A DNA stretch of 57,562 bases, taken from Nostoc sp. (GTDB lineage: Bacteria > Cyanobacteriota > Cyanobacteriia > Cyanobacteriales > Nostocaceae). The notes under the pieces are model-generated. The model ran no database searches and had not been told where the DNA came from. It saw nothing but the letters and a program-made list of their open reading frames with translations. Shown in pieces: positions 1 to 10,789 of this stretch; position 1 is the stretch's first letter; every line of letters starts with the position of its first letter. Made by a program: the position numbers and the translations under genes. Location of the stretch: the NCBI GenBank assembly GCA_036918135.1, contig JBALDB010000023.1:1-57562 (forward strand), given 5' to 3'.

Positions 1-90
1 ATTTGCCTAAAAAACCCTCGATTGACATTTACCCAAAAGATTTGCCTGCACTACCTCCTACCATTTTTTAGTTCCGTCGAACTCACGTTA
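1..90 (-). mobile_element. End of repeated IS/MITE-like element (truncated at window edge)
   Basis: Reverse complement of 1-90 (TAACGTGAGTTCGACGGAACTAAAAAATGG...) aligns without gaps to 57469-57558. Confidence 0.75.
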
Positions 91-259
91 TTTTATTTAT
101 TTTTTGACTTTTACCCTGATTTTTACTGCTAGCTTTTTTTGTATAGCCTTACATTTTAATTTTTACCAGACTTCTTGATTTACTTACTGCTGCCTCTGTG
201 TGCCAGTTTTGGGTGCAGAATGTGGGTTCATAATAAAGTTGACAGTTATCAATTAACAG

Positions 260-304
260 GAGCCAGTGCGTTGCAGGGGTTCCCCCCGTTGAAGCAACTG
301 GCGT
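260..304. repeat. Small dispersed palindromic repeat (Nostoc SDR-like)
   Basis: GCCAGT...GGGGTTCCCCCC...ACTGGC hairpin; related copies near 17865-17905, 20668-20707, 38461-38502. Confidence 0.6.
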
Positions 305-499
305 TCATCAGTAAACGCTTAACCATTTTGACGGAAGCAATGCTTTTCGATATAGTTTAACCGCCTGTGTTTGATTAGTTTCACAGCTCATTTAAAAATA
401 GACAACTTAGCTTAATAATATGATTATAACCAAATAAAAATCCGAAACTGGCAACATAGCTCTTGTAGATAAATATCTACCCGTTTTTATTTGCAGCAA

Positions 500-1045
500 A
501 TGAATAGTAGAGCTAAATTATTAACTTTTGCAACCTTAACTCTTGCTTTTTCATCGATGACTGTTCCTACAGTCATCGCCCAGACAAAACTTACAAATCA
601 ATCAAAATTATCCATTAATAGTATTGGTTCGGTTCAAGTTGGAATGACTGCCTCTCAAGCAAGGAAAGCTGCTGGTACTCAACTAGTTGGAGATTCACCG
701 AATAACAGTTGCTATTACCTGAAGCCAGAATCGGAACCAAAAAATCTTGGATTTATGCTGACAGAAGGTCGCATTTCTAGAGTAGATGTGTGGAAAAATA
801 GCAAAATTACTACTTTAAAAGGTGCAAAAATTGGCGATACGGAAGCACAAATCAAGTCCCTCTACCCAGGACAAATTCAAGTTACTCTCCATAAATATGT
901 TCAAGGTGGCCACTACTTGACATTTGTACCAAAAGAGCAATTTGACCAAAAATATCGTGTAGTATTTGAGACTGATGGCAAGCGTGTGACTCAGTTTCGG
1001 TCTGGTAAACTGCCTGAAGTTGAATATGTGGAAGGATGTAGTTAA
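500..1045 (+). CDS. Secreted hypothetical protein
   Basis: ATG at 500; basic-hydrophobic signal peptide; ends YVEGCS; two Cys. Confidence 0.8.
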   Translation: MNSRAKLLTFATLTLAFSSMTVPTVIAQTKLTNQSKLSINSIGSVQVGMTASQARKAAGTQLVGDSPNNSCYYLKPESEPKNLGFMLTEGRISRVDVWKNSKITTLKGAKIGDTEAQIKSLYPGQIQVTLHKYVQGGHYLTFVPKEQFDQKYRVVFETDGKRVTQFRSGKLPEVEYVEGCS

Positions 1046-1115
1046 TTTTAGACATCACCAGACTCAAACCATATAAGTTGTCACAAAAAACATGATATGA
1101 GCGGCTAATGCACGT

Positions 1116-1330
1116 TGTATTGCTCTTGTGTCACTCTCCGAAAAATTTTGCCATTTCTGAATTCTAGAGCTTTTGTATACGAAGCGTAGGTGTAGCCCGC
1201 CGCAGGCATCGCCAGAATTTTTTTAATAACAAATACAATAACCAAGTTTTTGTAATAGGATAGCTTGTATTCATTGACTGATAAAGCTTCTAGAGATTGC
1301 CTTCCCAGAGAGTGACACAAGCTGTTTACA
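1116..1330. mobile_element. MITE-like element
   Basis: Perfect 14-bp inverted repeat CTTGTGTCACTCTC (1125-1138 / 1308-1321), extending imperfectly on both sides. Confidence 0.5.
1184..1212 (-). mobile_element. SDR5-like 21-bp element inserted in HIP1
   Basis: GCG + 21 nt + ATCGC; minus strand GCGAT-GCCTGCGGCGGGCTACACCTA-CGC. Confidence 0.75.
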
Positions 1331-1363
1331 GACGCGCTTACTTCCGTTATGGATGGAACAAAC

Positions 1364-1602
1364 AAGTCAAATCCTCTTCCCTTCTGCCTCCTGACTTGAA
1401 AGAGGGGTGTAAGGGTGTAGGGTGTGGGGTGTGGGGGAAAATACATTTTTCATGCTTGGTGGTGAAACTTGTTTCATCGGGACTGCCTTATTTCTTAGAA
1501 GCAGGCGTACAAGCGGCACACCACCCGCTACGAATGAAAGAAATAAGTCAAATCCTCTTCCTTTGTGCCCTCTGCCTCCTGCCTTATTTCTTGAAAGAGG
1601 GC
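1364..1602. repeat. Imperfect direct repeat pair downstream of tamB
   Basis: AAGTCAAATCCTCTTCC...TCTGCCTCCTG...CTTGAAAGAGGGG at ~1364-1407 and ~1546-1602. Confidence 0.6.
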
Positions 1603-4600
1603 TAAAATCGAGTTTCATACTCGACTGAGAATAGACTTTCATCATCCAAATTAGTTGAGCCGCGCATCAGAATTTCGTCATTGAGACGATAAAGCACGTT
1701 GTAACGGAAAGACTCATTGGTAGAAAAAGCCCGTGATAAAGAAACAGAAAAGTTCCGACTGACATCAAACACACCCTCTGCTGATAAATCAAGAACCGAA
1801 GATCTCCTTGATTCTTCATTTGTGGTAGGGGTAGGATATATCCGAAATTCGCTAAAACCAACAGTTCGTCCGATCGCTGTTATAGTTCCTTGCAGACTTC
1901 CTAAAATAGTAGAACTGGCGAAATTAGTCAATCCTTGTGTTAAATCTCCTGGTTGACTTAAAGAACCTAGAATCGAACCACCCAGCAAAGCAACGATTTC
2001 TCCTCTGCTTCGGCTAGGTTCGCTCGTCAGTTCCAGATTATCTGCTAATTCACTAGCTTTTCCTGTCGCCCTTGCTTGCACGCGAACAGTACGTAAAGTC
2101 CCAAAGTTATTCACAGAAGCATCACTGATTTCAGCAGACAAAGGTGATTCCAAAATTCGATTGCTCGTTGCCGATGCCTCAGGTACAATTGCCTCTAGTC
2201 GAACATCGAGGGTAGGGTCAAGTCCTTGACTGGGAGTAAACCGCGCTGTTTGTTCGTAGCCCCGCGCCAAGGTAAACTGAGTTGTAAATAAGCTGAACCG
2301 TCCTCCTGTTAAACGGATGAGTCCTTGGGGGAGGGGCTTGGCTAAAGTACCATTGATAGTCAAGTCGCCTTTGGCGTCAAAGCTGAGTAGAGGTTGACTC
2401 AACGCCGCTCCTCCGGGTACAAAGCTAAATAGAGACTGACTCGTAACCCGAACATTTTTGGCCAAAATCAACTTTAAATTTGCAAACTCTATAGGTAACT
2501 TAGGTATAGCCTCTGGTGTAGTTGCTGGATTACTGCTAGCCTCTGGTGTAGTTGCTGCATTAGTGTCAACCTGTGGTGTATTCAAAGTAATAGAAGTAGG
2601 CTGTGGTGTAGCTGCTGCTTTTGAATTATCACTAGCAGATTTTCCGATAATCACTTGACCATTACTCAGTTCAATCTCTCCACCAATTATCGGTTTTAGT
2701 GCTGTTCCGCGAATTACGGCATCACCGCTGACATCACCTTGATATAATCCTGGAACTTTAAAATTGAGTTGTTTTTCTATCGATACAGTCAGTGGGTTAG
2801 ATGCACCTTGCTCAGGAGTAAGAATCGGCAAGATTCCTGATGCAGCCACTAGTCCTTGATTATAATTACCTTGAATACCTTGCACATTTACCCTATCACC
2901 ATCAAATAGCAATGTTCCTGTGACATTTGTTAAGGGATCGGATAAAGCTTGAGAAGTAAAAGTCGCATTGTTAACTCTGGCAGTTCCATTAATAATTGGC
3001 TCGTTTAAAGTACCTTGAACGTTGACATCGACTTCACCTTCACCATTTATCCAACTAACTTGATTGTTTGTAAATACATTTAACAGTGACAAGCCTTCAT
3101 TATTTACCTTGGCGTTAATGCTGATTTGCTCGTTATCCGGTTTTACTGCCACAAAAGGTAAGGGAGCGGGGATGCTACCTGTAATTGCCAGAGGTTGGGT
3201 TCCAGTCAACAGCAACGCACTATCAAAATTGACGCGAGCATTGTTATAGTCAAACTTTACCTGTGCTGTTTGTACGGGTTGCTTATTTAAAGTCGCATTA
3301 GCTAGGGATGCCGAGCCGTTAACTTTAGGGTCTTTGAAACTACCTTGCAAATTAGCTGTAGCATTTAGTTGACCGGTAACATCTATCGGGTATTTTGCGA
3401 TAAAAGGCTGTAAAAGTGACAGGGGTAGACTTGCTATATTTAAATTTCCAGAGAGTTGTTCGGTTCCTAACTCTCCAGAAAAAGCGACTAATCCTTGATT
3501 GATGCCAACACTTAACGGTGAGAGTGTGACTACACCATTTGCAAAACCACCTCTAGCAATAACTTGATTAATCGAGTATTGACCCCATTGCCAATTATCA
3601 CCTTGGAAATTAAAGTCGGCATTCAGCCCAGATTTTAAGGAACCACTGGCTGTAATTCCCCCATTCAAAACACCTGTTAATTCTGCAAGGCTGGGTAGAG
3701 ATGGTACTTTTTGGATATTTGCCTGCTTTTGTTGTGCTAAGGATGTTTCAATCTTGGAGAAATACTCTAACTGGGTTTGCAAATCTGCATCTGGTAAACT
3801 CACAGGTGTGGTGTTGAGTGCTTCTGCTCCAGCTAAGGTTGGAGATTTCAAGCCACTACCGAAGTCTTGAAAGTCGAAGATATTAAACGCTTGTAAGAGT
3901 TGCTCGATTCTAGTTTGGTTTAAATTAGCTTGTACTTGAAATTTGGGGTCATTTCCGGTTTGCAAATTTCCACTTAAGGCTATATTGCTGCCTCCTAACC
4001 GCAATTGACCGTTAGTTAAACTAGCAGCTCCATCGGCATAGCTGATATTACCGCGAAATTCATCTGCCCGGACTCTGGCAACACGAGGATTGGCGATCGC
4101 TACGTCCCCAGCAACTGCATAATTATTGAGATTAACAACTAAATTTCCCGATAATTGCCCTGCTAAAGGTTTCAATCTATTATCAGGTAAAAAGCTGCCA
4201 ACAAGCGCTATGGGGAACTGTTGGGCGTTGATAATTAAGTTATCTCCCTCGGTTGTGCCTGTGGTAACCGCTCCACCGCGTTTGACTAAAAATGATGTTG
4301 GGCGATAATCTGCATCCAGATTTACCGCTATTCTGTCTTGTTTGCCTGCTAGTTGCAATCTTGCGCCTTGTCCGCCTTGAAAATTCACGTCTCCGGTTAA
4401 AACTGGGTCGAATGTCAAGTTACTAACATTGAAATTCCGCAGGCGAATATTACCCGTGGCTTGAGGAGTTTCTAGAGTGCCTGTAACTTGCCCATTAAAA
4501 TCTAGTAATCCTGCTATTGCTACATCTCCAGGAACTTTAAAACCTGTGTTTTTCAGGTTAAAGTTCTCGGCGATGACATTGAAATCAAAGCCAGCAATTT

Positions 4601-6935
4601 GCGGTGTACCCGTTTGCGGTAATTGTACAGCGATCGCCCCACGAGCGATCGCCCCTGGAGTTGTTGCCCGTTCAACTATAATCTGCTGTCCATTCCAGAG
4701 AAATTGTGCTGTCACTGGTTGTGCTAACTGTGCTAACCCTTGTGAAGCCCTAATTTGTCCGGCGGCTCGAATATCTGCAAGCTGGAAGGATTCTGTTGTG
4801 CCTGTCAACTTGACATTACTACTAAGCCGTCCCCGCAGTTGGGGTGAGAATCGATTGAGTTGAATTTGAGAAGCATTAGCAACTGTTTGCCAGCGACCGC
4901 CATCCAGGTTAATATTCCTCAGGTTAACTGTACCTCCCGCCACATTCAAGTTTGCTTGTCCTGTGGCTTGAATGTTTGAGGGTTGAAAAGAAGTAGTAGT
5001 GCCTGACAAATTCAGTGCTGCATTGCTGAGAACTCCCTGGAACTGGGGTGGTATCTGCTGCAAACGATTTAATTGCAACTTTTGGGCATTGACAAAAGCT
5101 TGCCAGCGTTGTTGTGCAACTCGACCTGTGGCTGTGATTCTACCGCCTAACACGTTGAAAACAGCACTTGGCAATCGGATATTCTGTCCTTGTTGAGCAA
5201 TTACAACTTGTCCACTAGTGGGATAGCTAGCAGTAGGCGCTTGCAGTTGCACTACTGTCCGCAGATTGCCGAGAGTACCAGAAACTCTAGCGTTTGCCGA
5301 TATCGTACCAATTTTCAGGGAGGATGAAGTATTGTTTGTATTGGCAATGGCATCTCCTGGTAAATTTTGGGCTTGAATGTTAAACAAGACATTGCCTTGG
5401 GGTGCAAGCTGAATTCGACCACTGCCCACGATTTGCCCACCGGCTGGAGGCCGCACTTGAACGTTGGAAACGTTAAGTGCTAAAGGTTGTTTACCCAATG
5501 AACCAGTAATTTCCGCCTTTGCCGAGACATTGCCAACACTAATTGGAGGAGTCAAGCCGTAGCTGCGTGCCAGTACATCTCCTGATATTCCGTCAGCTTG
5601 AATATTAAATTTTACTTTATCGTTGAGCGCTGCTTGACCGCCTCCAGTAATTTCTCCACCTGCTGCGGGGACTAATTTGAGATTGGAGACGGTAATCTGA
5701 GATGTCTTTTTAGATACGTTTAACCGAAAATCAGTGTTAACGGTTTTGAATTGAATGCGGTCAACTTGAATTGGTTTGGTGTTGCTTGCAGTACCGCTAA
5801 GAACAGGCTGCTGAAGTGACCCCTGTAACTTAATATTTGCTTGCACTTCACCAGTAGCTACCACTGGCGAATTTATTTTTAGCGTCTCTAAGAGATTTTT
5901 AGCAGTGACTGGTTTTACCTGGGCTAAGATATTGAAACCTGTTTGGGTATTAACTGCTCCATTGGCGATAATCGGGACTTTGCCAAAGTTCGCAGTTAGA
6001 TTATTTAAGGCGATCGTTTGACCTTGAAATGTTATTTTGCCATTAGAATTGACAAACTTTTGGGGAAGATTTTCAATTTGAGCAGTTACCTGATTAGGAG
6101 TAGCTGTACCAGTAATAGCTATTTGCGAAGCTTTTGGTGGAATTTCAACTCCTAAATCAGCATCTATTTGCCCAGCTTGCAAGGTAATTGGCAACTCAAT
6201 TAAACGAGTTATATCAGATGCTTGTAAACTTTGTGCTACAACTTTGAGATTAGTTAGTTGAGGTTTAAATTGTGTTTCACCAGAGATTTTAACTGCACCT
6301 CCTCTAGTGAGTTGACCATTTATTTCATAACCAGCCCCTTTATTTTCAGGTAAAAATCTAGCGATCGCACCAAATTGATTTATGACTACAGAACCTTTGG
6401 GTTTAGTTGGTGCGGAGGCTGGTAATAATTCTACATTTCCATCAACTATCTGAAGTGTTTGTAACTCGGTTTGAATCGCACCTTTGCCTTCTCCACTCTT
6501 AACTTGAGCTGTAACCCAGCGACCATCTCGATCCTGTTGGATAAAAACATTAGGCTGGATTAATGTAACGTTTAATGGTAATTTTCTACTTAAAATAACT
6601 TCTAAAACTGAAAACTGCACATCCACAGCTTTTGCTGTCAATTGGTCTGCATCGGTAGGAGTTGCTGGAATTGCCAGCGAAGCAAATCTCAAACTAGAAA
6701 CTGAAAAACTTTCGACTCTCCCTAATTTTATGGGACGCCCAAGTAATTGTTCGAGATTTTGCTCGACTAAAGGTGCTAGGTCTTGATATACATAATTTCT
6801 AGCCCACCAAACACCAGCTGCAATTCCTCCAAGCGAAATAATTCCTAAAACCAGACCGGCACGTTTTAAAATGAGAAAATTCAAACGACGATTCCTTGGT
6901 TCTTGGTTATTTCCTGGATTTGGAGAGCTAGTCAT
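1602..6935 (-). CDS. tamB: Translocation/assembly module TamB (AsmA-like, DUF490)
   Basis: 1777 aa; N-terminal membrane anchor; long Gly/Asn-rich beta-taco repeats; DUF490-type C-terminus (LDPTLDVRL...YETRF). Confidence 0.88.
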   Translation of the reverse strand: MTSSPNPGNNQEPRNRRLNFLILKRAGLVLGIISLGGIAAGVWWARNYVYQDLAPLVEQNLEQLLGRPIKLGRVESFSVSSLRFASLAIPATPTDADQLTAKAVDVQFSVLEVILSRKLPLNVTLIQPNVFIQQDRDGRWVTAQVKSGEGKGAIQTELQTLQIVDGNVELLPASAPTKPKGSVVINQFGAIARFLPENKGAGYEINGQLTRGGAVKISGETQFKPQLTNLKVVAQSLQASDITRLIELPITLQAGQIDADLGVEIPPKASQIAITGTATPNQVTAQIENLPQKFVNSNGKITFQGQTIALNNLTANFGKVPIIANGAVNTQTGFNILAQVKPVTAKNLLETLKINSPVVATGEVQANIKLQGSLQQPVLSGTASNTKPIQVDRIQFKTVNTDFRLNVSKKTSQITVSNLKLVPAAGGEITGGGQAALNDKVKFNIQADGISGDVLARSYGLTPPISVGNVSAKAEITGSLGKQPLALNVSNVQVRPPAGGQIVGSGRIQLAPQGNVLFNIQAQNLPGDAIANTNNTSSSLKIGTISANARVSGTLGNLRTVVQLQAPTASYPTSGQVVIAQQGQNIRLPSAVFNVLGGRITATGRVAQQRWQAFVNAQKLQLNRLQQIPPQFQGVLSNAALNLSGTTTSFQPSNIQATGQANLNVAGGTVNLRNINLDGGRWQTVANASQIQLNRFSPQLRGRLSSNVKLTGTTESFQLADIRAAGQIRASQGLAQLAQPVTAQFLWNGQQIIVERATTPGAIARGAIAVQLPQTGTPQIAGFDFNVIAENFNLKNTGFKVPGDVAIAGLLDFNGQVTGTLETPQATGNIRLRNFNVSNLTFDPVLTGDVNFQGGQGARLQLAGKQDRIAVNLDADYRPTSFLVKRGGAVTTGTTEGDNLIINAQQFPIALVGSFLPDNRLKPLAGQLSGNLVVNLNNYAVAGDVAIANPRVARVRADEFRGNISYADGAASLTNGQLRLGGSNIALSGNLQTGNDPKFQVQANLNQTRIEQLLQAFNIFDFQDFGSGLKSPTLAGAEALNTTPVSLPDADLQTQLEYFSKIETSLAQQKQANIQKVPSLPSLAELTGVLNGGITASGSLKSGLNADFNFQGDNWQWGQYSINQVIARGGFANGVVTLSPLSVGINQGLVAFSGELGTEQLSGNLNIASLPLSLLQPFIAKYPIDVTGQLNATANLQGSFKDPKVNGSASLANATLNKQPVQTAQVKFDYNNARVNFDSALLLTGTQPLAITGSIPAPLPFVAVKPDNEQISINAKVNNEGLSLLNVFTNNQVSWINGEGEVDVNVQGTLNEPIINGTARVNNATFTSQALSDPLTNVTGTLLFDGDRVNVQGIQGNYNQGLVAASGILPILTPEQGASNPLTVSIEKQLNFKVPGLYQGDVSGDAVIRGTALKPIIGGEIELSNGQVIIGKSASDNSKAAATPQPTSITLNTPQVDTNAATTPEASSNPATTPEAIPKLPIEFANLKLILAKNVRVTSQSLFSFVPGGAALSQPLLSFDAKGDLTINGTLAKPLPQGLIRLTGGRFSLFTTQFTLARGYEQTARFTPSQGLDPTLDVRLEAIVPEASATSNRILESPLSAEISDASVNNFGTLRTVRVQARATGKASELADNLELTSEPSRSRGEIVALLGGSILGSLSQPGDLTQGLTNFASSTILGSLQGTITAIGRTVGFSEFRIYPTPTTNEESRRSSVLDLSAEGVFDVSRNFSVSLSRAFSTNESFRYNVLYRLNDEILMRGSTNLDDESLFSVEYETRF

Positions 6936-7275
6936 TTTCGTTACTAGTAGTGCTATTGAGTAACAAACAATTTCTTAACGAGAATAACATAGTTGCTTAT
7001 AGTAACTTCTAAAAACTTTCCCTAGCATAAATTAGTAATTTATTCTCATGAGTAGTAATATGCAGTTGTGGTAAATTATTACACAAGAACATAATTTGAA
7101 TTACATAATATACCTCAAAGTATTGATACTTCCCTAATTTTGGCAATAAGATCTGCGGAAATATGATTTGATTAATAGAGTTTAAAATATTTCTATCCAC
7201 CTACTTAGTGAAGATAAAAAATAGATATGTAAATATCTTAAATAAGACAAAAAACAATATAAAAAAGGATATTTT

Positions 7276-7782
7276 ATGCAAAGAACCGTTTTCGTCCAGC
7301 AGTTACAATCTGCCAAAAATCTCAATTGGGTCAGTTTGATTGCTGACATTATGCTAGCGGGGATGGTTGTCGGGCCTGTAACGGCTCCCTTTTTGGCTGC
7401 GTCTGGGGTGTCTTTGCTTGGGGGAATTGCCAACATCATTTACTTCATGGGTAATCATGTATGTCCGCAACCCACTATGGGCTTAGATTTGGCATACCCG
7501 TATATTATGGCTGTGTGTATGCGCTGCTATGGTACTGTAATTGGTTTGCTGATTACTCGTCTTTTGTATGGGGTAACAGGTAATAAAGGTTTTTACTGGC
7601 TAAGTCAATATGGTTGGAATGGTGCAGCATTAGCTAGTGTGCTAATGATGGCTTATCCTTTAGAATTGGCTGCACAGATTTTGGGTTTGTGGAGTTTTAA
7701 TAATTATCTGGTTACGCCTTTTGGGTTGATTACAGGTTTAGCGTGGGGATTGTTTACCATGCCGATTTTACATGGGTGGTAG
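7276..7782 (+). CDS. DUF2085-family membrane protein
   Basis: About 4 TM segments; VCPQ and AVCMRCYG motifs. Confidence 0.8.
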   Translation: MQRTVFVQQLQSAKNLNWVSLIADIMLAGMVVGPVTAPFLAASGVSLLGGIANIIYFMGNHVCPQPTMGLDLAYPYIMAVCMRCYGTVIGLLITRLLYGVTGNKGFYWLSQYGWNGAALASVLMMAYPLELAAQILGLWSFNNYLVTPFGLITGLAWGLFTMPILHGW

Positions 7783-7984
7783 ACTGCTAAAACCAGATGA
7801 AATCGATTGTACAGATGTAGTAATCAGCTTTGATTTTTGAATTTATTTGTATAGGTAGAGAGTAGAAAATCAGCGTTTTTGAGTTGAAAGCGAGTTTTTT
7901 ACTGCAATAAAATAGAAGTTCTAGATAACTATTTTCTAAATAGTTTGATACACTTTATATTACTTTTGGACATGGACAACAAAC

Positions 7985-8013
7985 TTTGTTCGCAGAAATA
8001 TTCCGCGAACAAA
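7985..8013. terminator. Possible bidirectional terminator
   Basis: TTTGTTCGC...GCGAACAAA hairpin between convergent genes. Confidence 0.45.
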
Positions 8014-8103
8014 AAGAATAATTAACCTTATTTATATTTTTCAAGCTCTTCTATCAAATCTGCTGAATCTTGGAGTAAGCTATCTATAGCTCGTTACAGT
8101 GCT

Positions 8104-9399
8104 TCAATTTTGGCTCGTGTCGCTCTTACCTGTTTCTAATAAAGATTGACCGAGATAACCATCCTTTGCCGAAACTCCTGGTAACGCAAAGAAATATCCT
8201 CCGCCAATGGGCTTGATATACTCTTCTAAAGGCTCTCCATTTAGACGTTCCTGTACTGTAATAAAACCCTTCTCCAAATTGGACTGGAAACAAACAAATA
8301 GCAATCCCATATCCAACTGTCCAGATTTATCAAATCCACGCGAGTAATTAAAACCACGACGTAATATTAAACTCGATTCTGACTTCCGAGGATTCGCAAG
8401 ACGAATATGAGCATCTAGAGGAATTTGTTTACCTTGGGCATCTTGTTGATAGTTGGGAATATCGTGCTCGTTTTTCATTCCTAAAGGTGCGCCAATACGT
8501 TTATCACGCCCGATAATTTTTTGTTGTTCTTGCAAAGGTGTTCTGTCCCAACGTTCGACAAAGTTACGAATCACCCGTATAACTTGATATGTACCACCAG
8601 TAGCCCAAGCAGGTTCATCAGTGTTTGGTTGTACCCAAACTACTTTATTCATTAAACGATTGTCGGTAACATCCAGATTTGCTGTACCATCTTTGAAACC
8701 TAAAAAATTACGTACCGTATCTTTGCCAAGTTTTTTGATTGTGTGGGGTGGGAGAAACCCTTCCATTTTCCAGCGTAAACTTAGTAAATCAGGAAAATTT
8801 TTGATAATATCACGTAGTGCGTGAATATTAGTTTCTGCTGTATTTGAACAAAACTGAAGCAGTAAATCTCCATGACACAAATTAGCGTCCAAAGCATCAT
8901 TACGAAAGCTGTTCATAGTTGTTAAATACTTTGGTTTAAGATTATTTAAACCATAGCGGTTATCAAATAATGATGCTCCTACTGCTAGTGTGATAGTGAG
9001 ATTATCCGGAAAAACTTTCGTACCTAAAACACCAGAGTCGGGAGGTGGAAGTTTTGGATCTACAGTTTTAGGAGTTCCTCCAACCATTAAAAATTCAATT
9101 CGTTCGGTGAGAGTTTTAAATAGCCTGACCAAATCTTCTTTGTTACTGGCTACTACATCAAAGCTAACCATTAAAGCCGAAGCAGGTGCGGGTGTGAGAA
9201 TACCAGCTTGATGAATGCCAAAGAAAGGTTGTTTTTCTTGGGTAGTGTCTTCGCTATTTCCTAAAAACGAGCGAAAAGTAAGTGTTGTTAAAGCTGCGAC
9301 TCCCCCGGCTGCGGCCATACCAATTAAGAGGTCACGACGACTAATGCGGGAGGTAATACGTAAATCAGGTTTTTTTATAGTAAATGACATTATCTGCAT
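8104..9399 (-). CDS. efeB: Dyp-type peroxidase / deferrochelatase EfeB
   Basis: Tat signal [43 protein letters not shown] motifs. Confidence 0.93.
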   Translation of the reverse strand: MQIMSFTIKKPDLRITSRISRRDLLIGMAAAGGVAALTTLTFRSFLGNSEDTTQEKQPFFGIHQAGILTPAPASALMVSFDVVASNKEDLVRLFKTLTERIEFLMVGGTPKTVDPKLPPPDSGVLGTKVFPDNLTITLAVGASLFDNRYGLNNLKPKYLTTMNSFRNDALDANLCHGDLLLQFCSNTAETNIHALRDIIKNFPDLLSLRWKMEGFLPPHTIKKLGKDTVRNFLGFKDGTANLDVTDNRLMNKVVWVQPNTDEPAWATGGTYQVIRVIRNFVERWDRTPLQEQQKIIGRDKRIGAPLGMKNEHDIPNYQQDAQGKQIPLDAHIRLANPRKSESSLILRRGFNYSRGFDKSGQLDMGLLFVCFQSNLEKGFITVQERLNGEPLEEYIKPIGGGYFFALPGVSAKDGYLGQSLLETGKSDTSQN

Positions 9400-9419
9400 T
9401 CCTTATGAAAATTGAGTAT

Positions 9420-9500
9420 AAAAAAGTCAAAAGTTAAAAGTAAAAAGTAAAAAGCAAAAGATTATTCTTTTACCTTTTACTTTTTACCTTTTTACTTCCT
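9420..9500. repeat. Heptamer STRR with inverted copy (AAAAGTN / TTTTACC)
   Basis: Tandem 7-mers between efeO and efeB that can form a long hairpin. Confidence 0.6.
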
Positions 9501-9512
9501 TACTGCTAAGTT

Positions 9513-10721
9513 TTAATCAACGCCAAGGGTTCCCCGTAGTTGCGAGAGGTCTTCGGCTAAGACGGTAATTGCTGCTTTTAAATCTTTTTTATCGGCTTCA
9601 GTAACTTTGTCATAGTTAACAAAACCACCTCCGGGAGCTTTGTACTTCGCTAATCCCTGATTGACTTTAGCAAAATTATCATCCACACGCTTAAGTAATT
9701 CTGGATTAGCTTTTTGAATTTCCGGACGTAACAATTCAACTATCTTTTGAGAGCCTTCGACATTAGAGTTAAAATCCCATAAATCAGTGCCACTGTAGCG
9801 GTCTTCTTCTCCAGAAACTTTTGTTTTAGCAACTTCTTCAATCAAAGCAGCAGCCCCACCAACCATATTCTTCGGTTCAATAGTTAATGTAGAGAGACGC
9901 TTTTGCAACACTAGAGAATCGTTTCTGAGTTTTTCGGCAACTGGCTTCATACCCTTGGTAGTTTTATCCTGGAATACCGCCTTTTCTATACGATGAAACC
10001 CTGTAAATTTAGGGTCAGCTTCTTTCTTTTCAAAGTCATCTGCACGGGAATCCATACTACCATCAAGGTCGGAGAAGAGTTCGGCAATTGGTTCTGTCCG
10101 TTCCCAGTGGACACGAGCAGGTGCGTATAATTTTTTCGCTTGTTCGAGGTTGCCTGCAATTACGGCATCAGTAAAGGTTTTGGTTTGGTCTACCAATTGG
10201 TTAGTTTCATTGGTGACGTAGACTTTGTACTCTGCTATAGCACCGATTAGCTTGTTCTGGTCAACTGTGGTACTTGCCTGAGTGGCATTGTCTGCAACCT
10301 TGACTGTGAGTTTGCCTTTGGGGTTGCTGCGTAAACCACAAGTCATTTCATATTCGCCTGGGTCTAACTGTTCTTTGAGTTTCTGTACAAACCCAGGTGC
10401 AATATTTTCTCGCTCACCAATAACCTTGACGCCAGATAAAATTTCCCACTCTAGAGGTTGGTTGGTTTTATTGGTAATCACAAAACTATTTTTACCCGCT
10501 GCAACTGAAAGTTGATTGGGTTCGCAACCTTTGTCTGTGACTGTCACCGCAGTTTCAGGAACATTTTTGGTATCTGTGTTACTGACATTTTGTGCTTGAG
10601 AAGAATTATTGCTCTCTTCGCTTGCTTTGTTGGAATTACAAGCAGTTGCTGTTAAAGCAATTAAACAAGCGATCGCAGGCAAACACATCCACTTCCAACT
10701 ATAATTAATTTGACTTTTCAT
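9513..10721 (-). CDS. efeO: Iron uptake lipoprotein EfeO (cupredoxin + imelysin/M75)
   Basis: Lipobox ATAC; CEPN...EWE...ERENI...YEMTCG; ERTEPIAE, GFHRIE, GEEDRYS. Confidence 0.93.
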   Translation of the reverse strand: MKSQINYSWKWMCLPAIACLIALTATACNSNKASEESNNSSQAQNVSNTDTKNVPETAVTVTDKGCEPNQLSVAAGKNSFVITNKTNQPLEWEILSGVKVIGERENIAPGFVQKLKEQLDPGEYEMTCGLRSNPKGKLTVKVADNATQASTTVDQNKLIGAIAEYKVYVTNETNQLVDQTKTFTDAVIAGNLEQAKKLYAPARVHWERTEPIAELFSDLDGSMDSRADDFEKKEADPKFTGFHRIEKAVFQDKTTKGMKPVAEKLRNDSLVLQKRLSTLTIEPKNMVGGAAALIEEVAKTKVSGEEDRYSGTDLWDFNSNVEGSQKIVELLRPEIQKANPELLKRVDDNFAKVNQGLAKYKAPGGGFVNYDKVTEADKKDLKAAITVLAEDLSQLRGTLGVD

Positions 10722-10789
10722 GATTGTATTTCTAAGTAAAATTACTAAAACTTCAGGTTTGAAACCGATAGCTCAAAACGCCTCTGTTT

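Noticed and set aside
1105..1645. Four overlapping short ORFs
   Set aside because: They run through repeats and MITE sequence with no protein-like features
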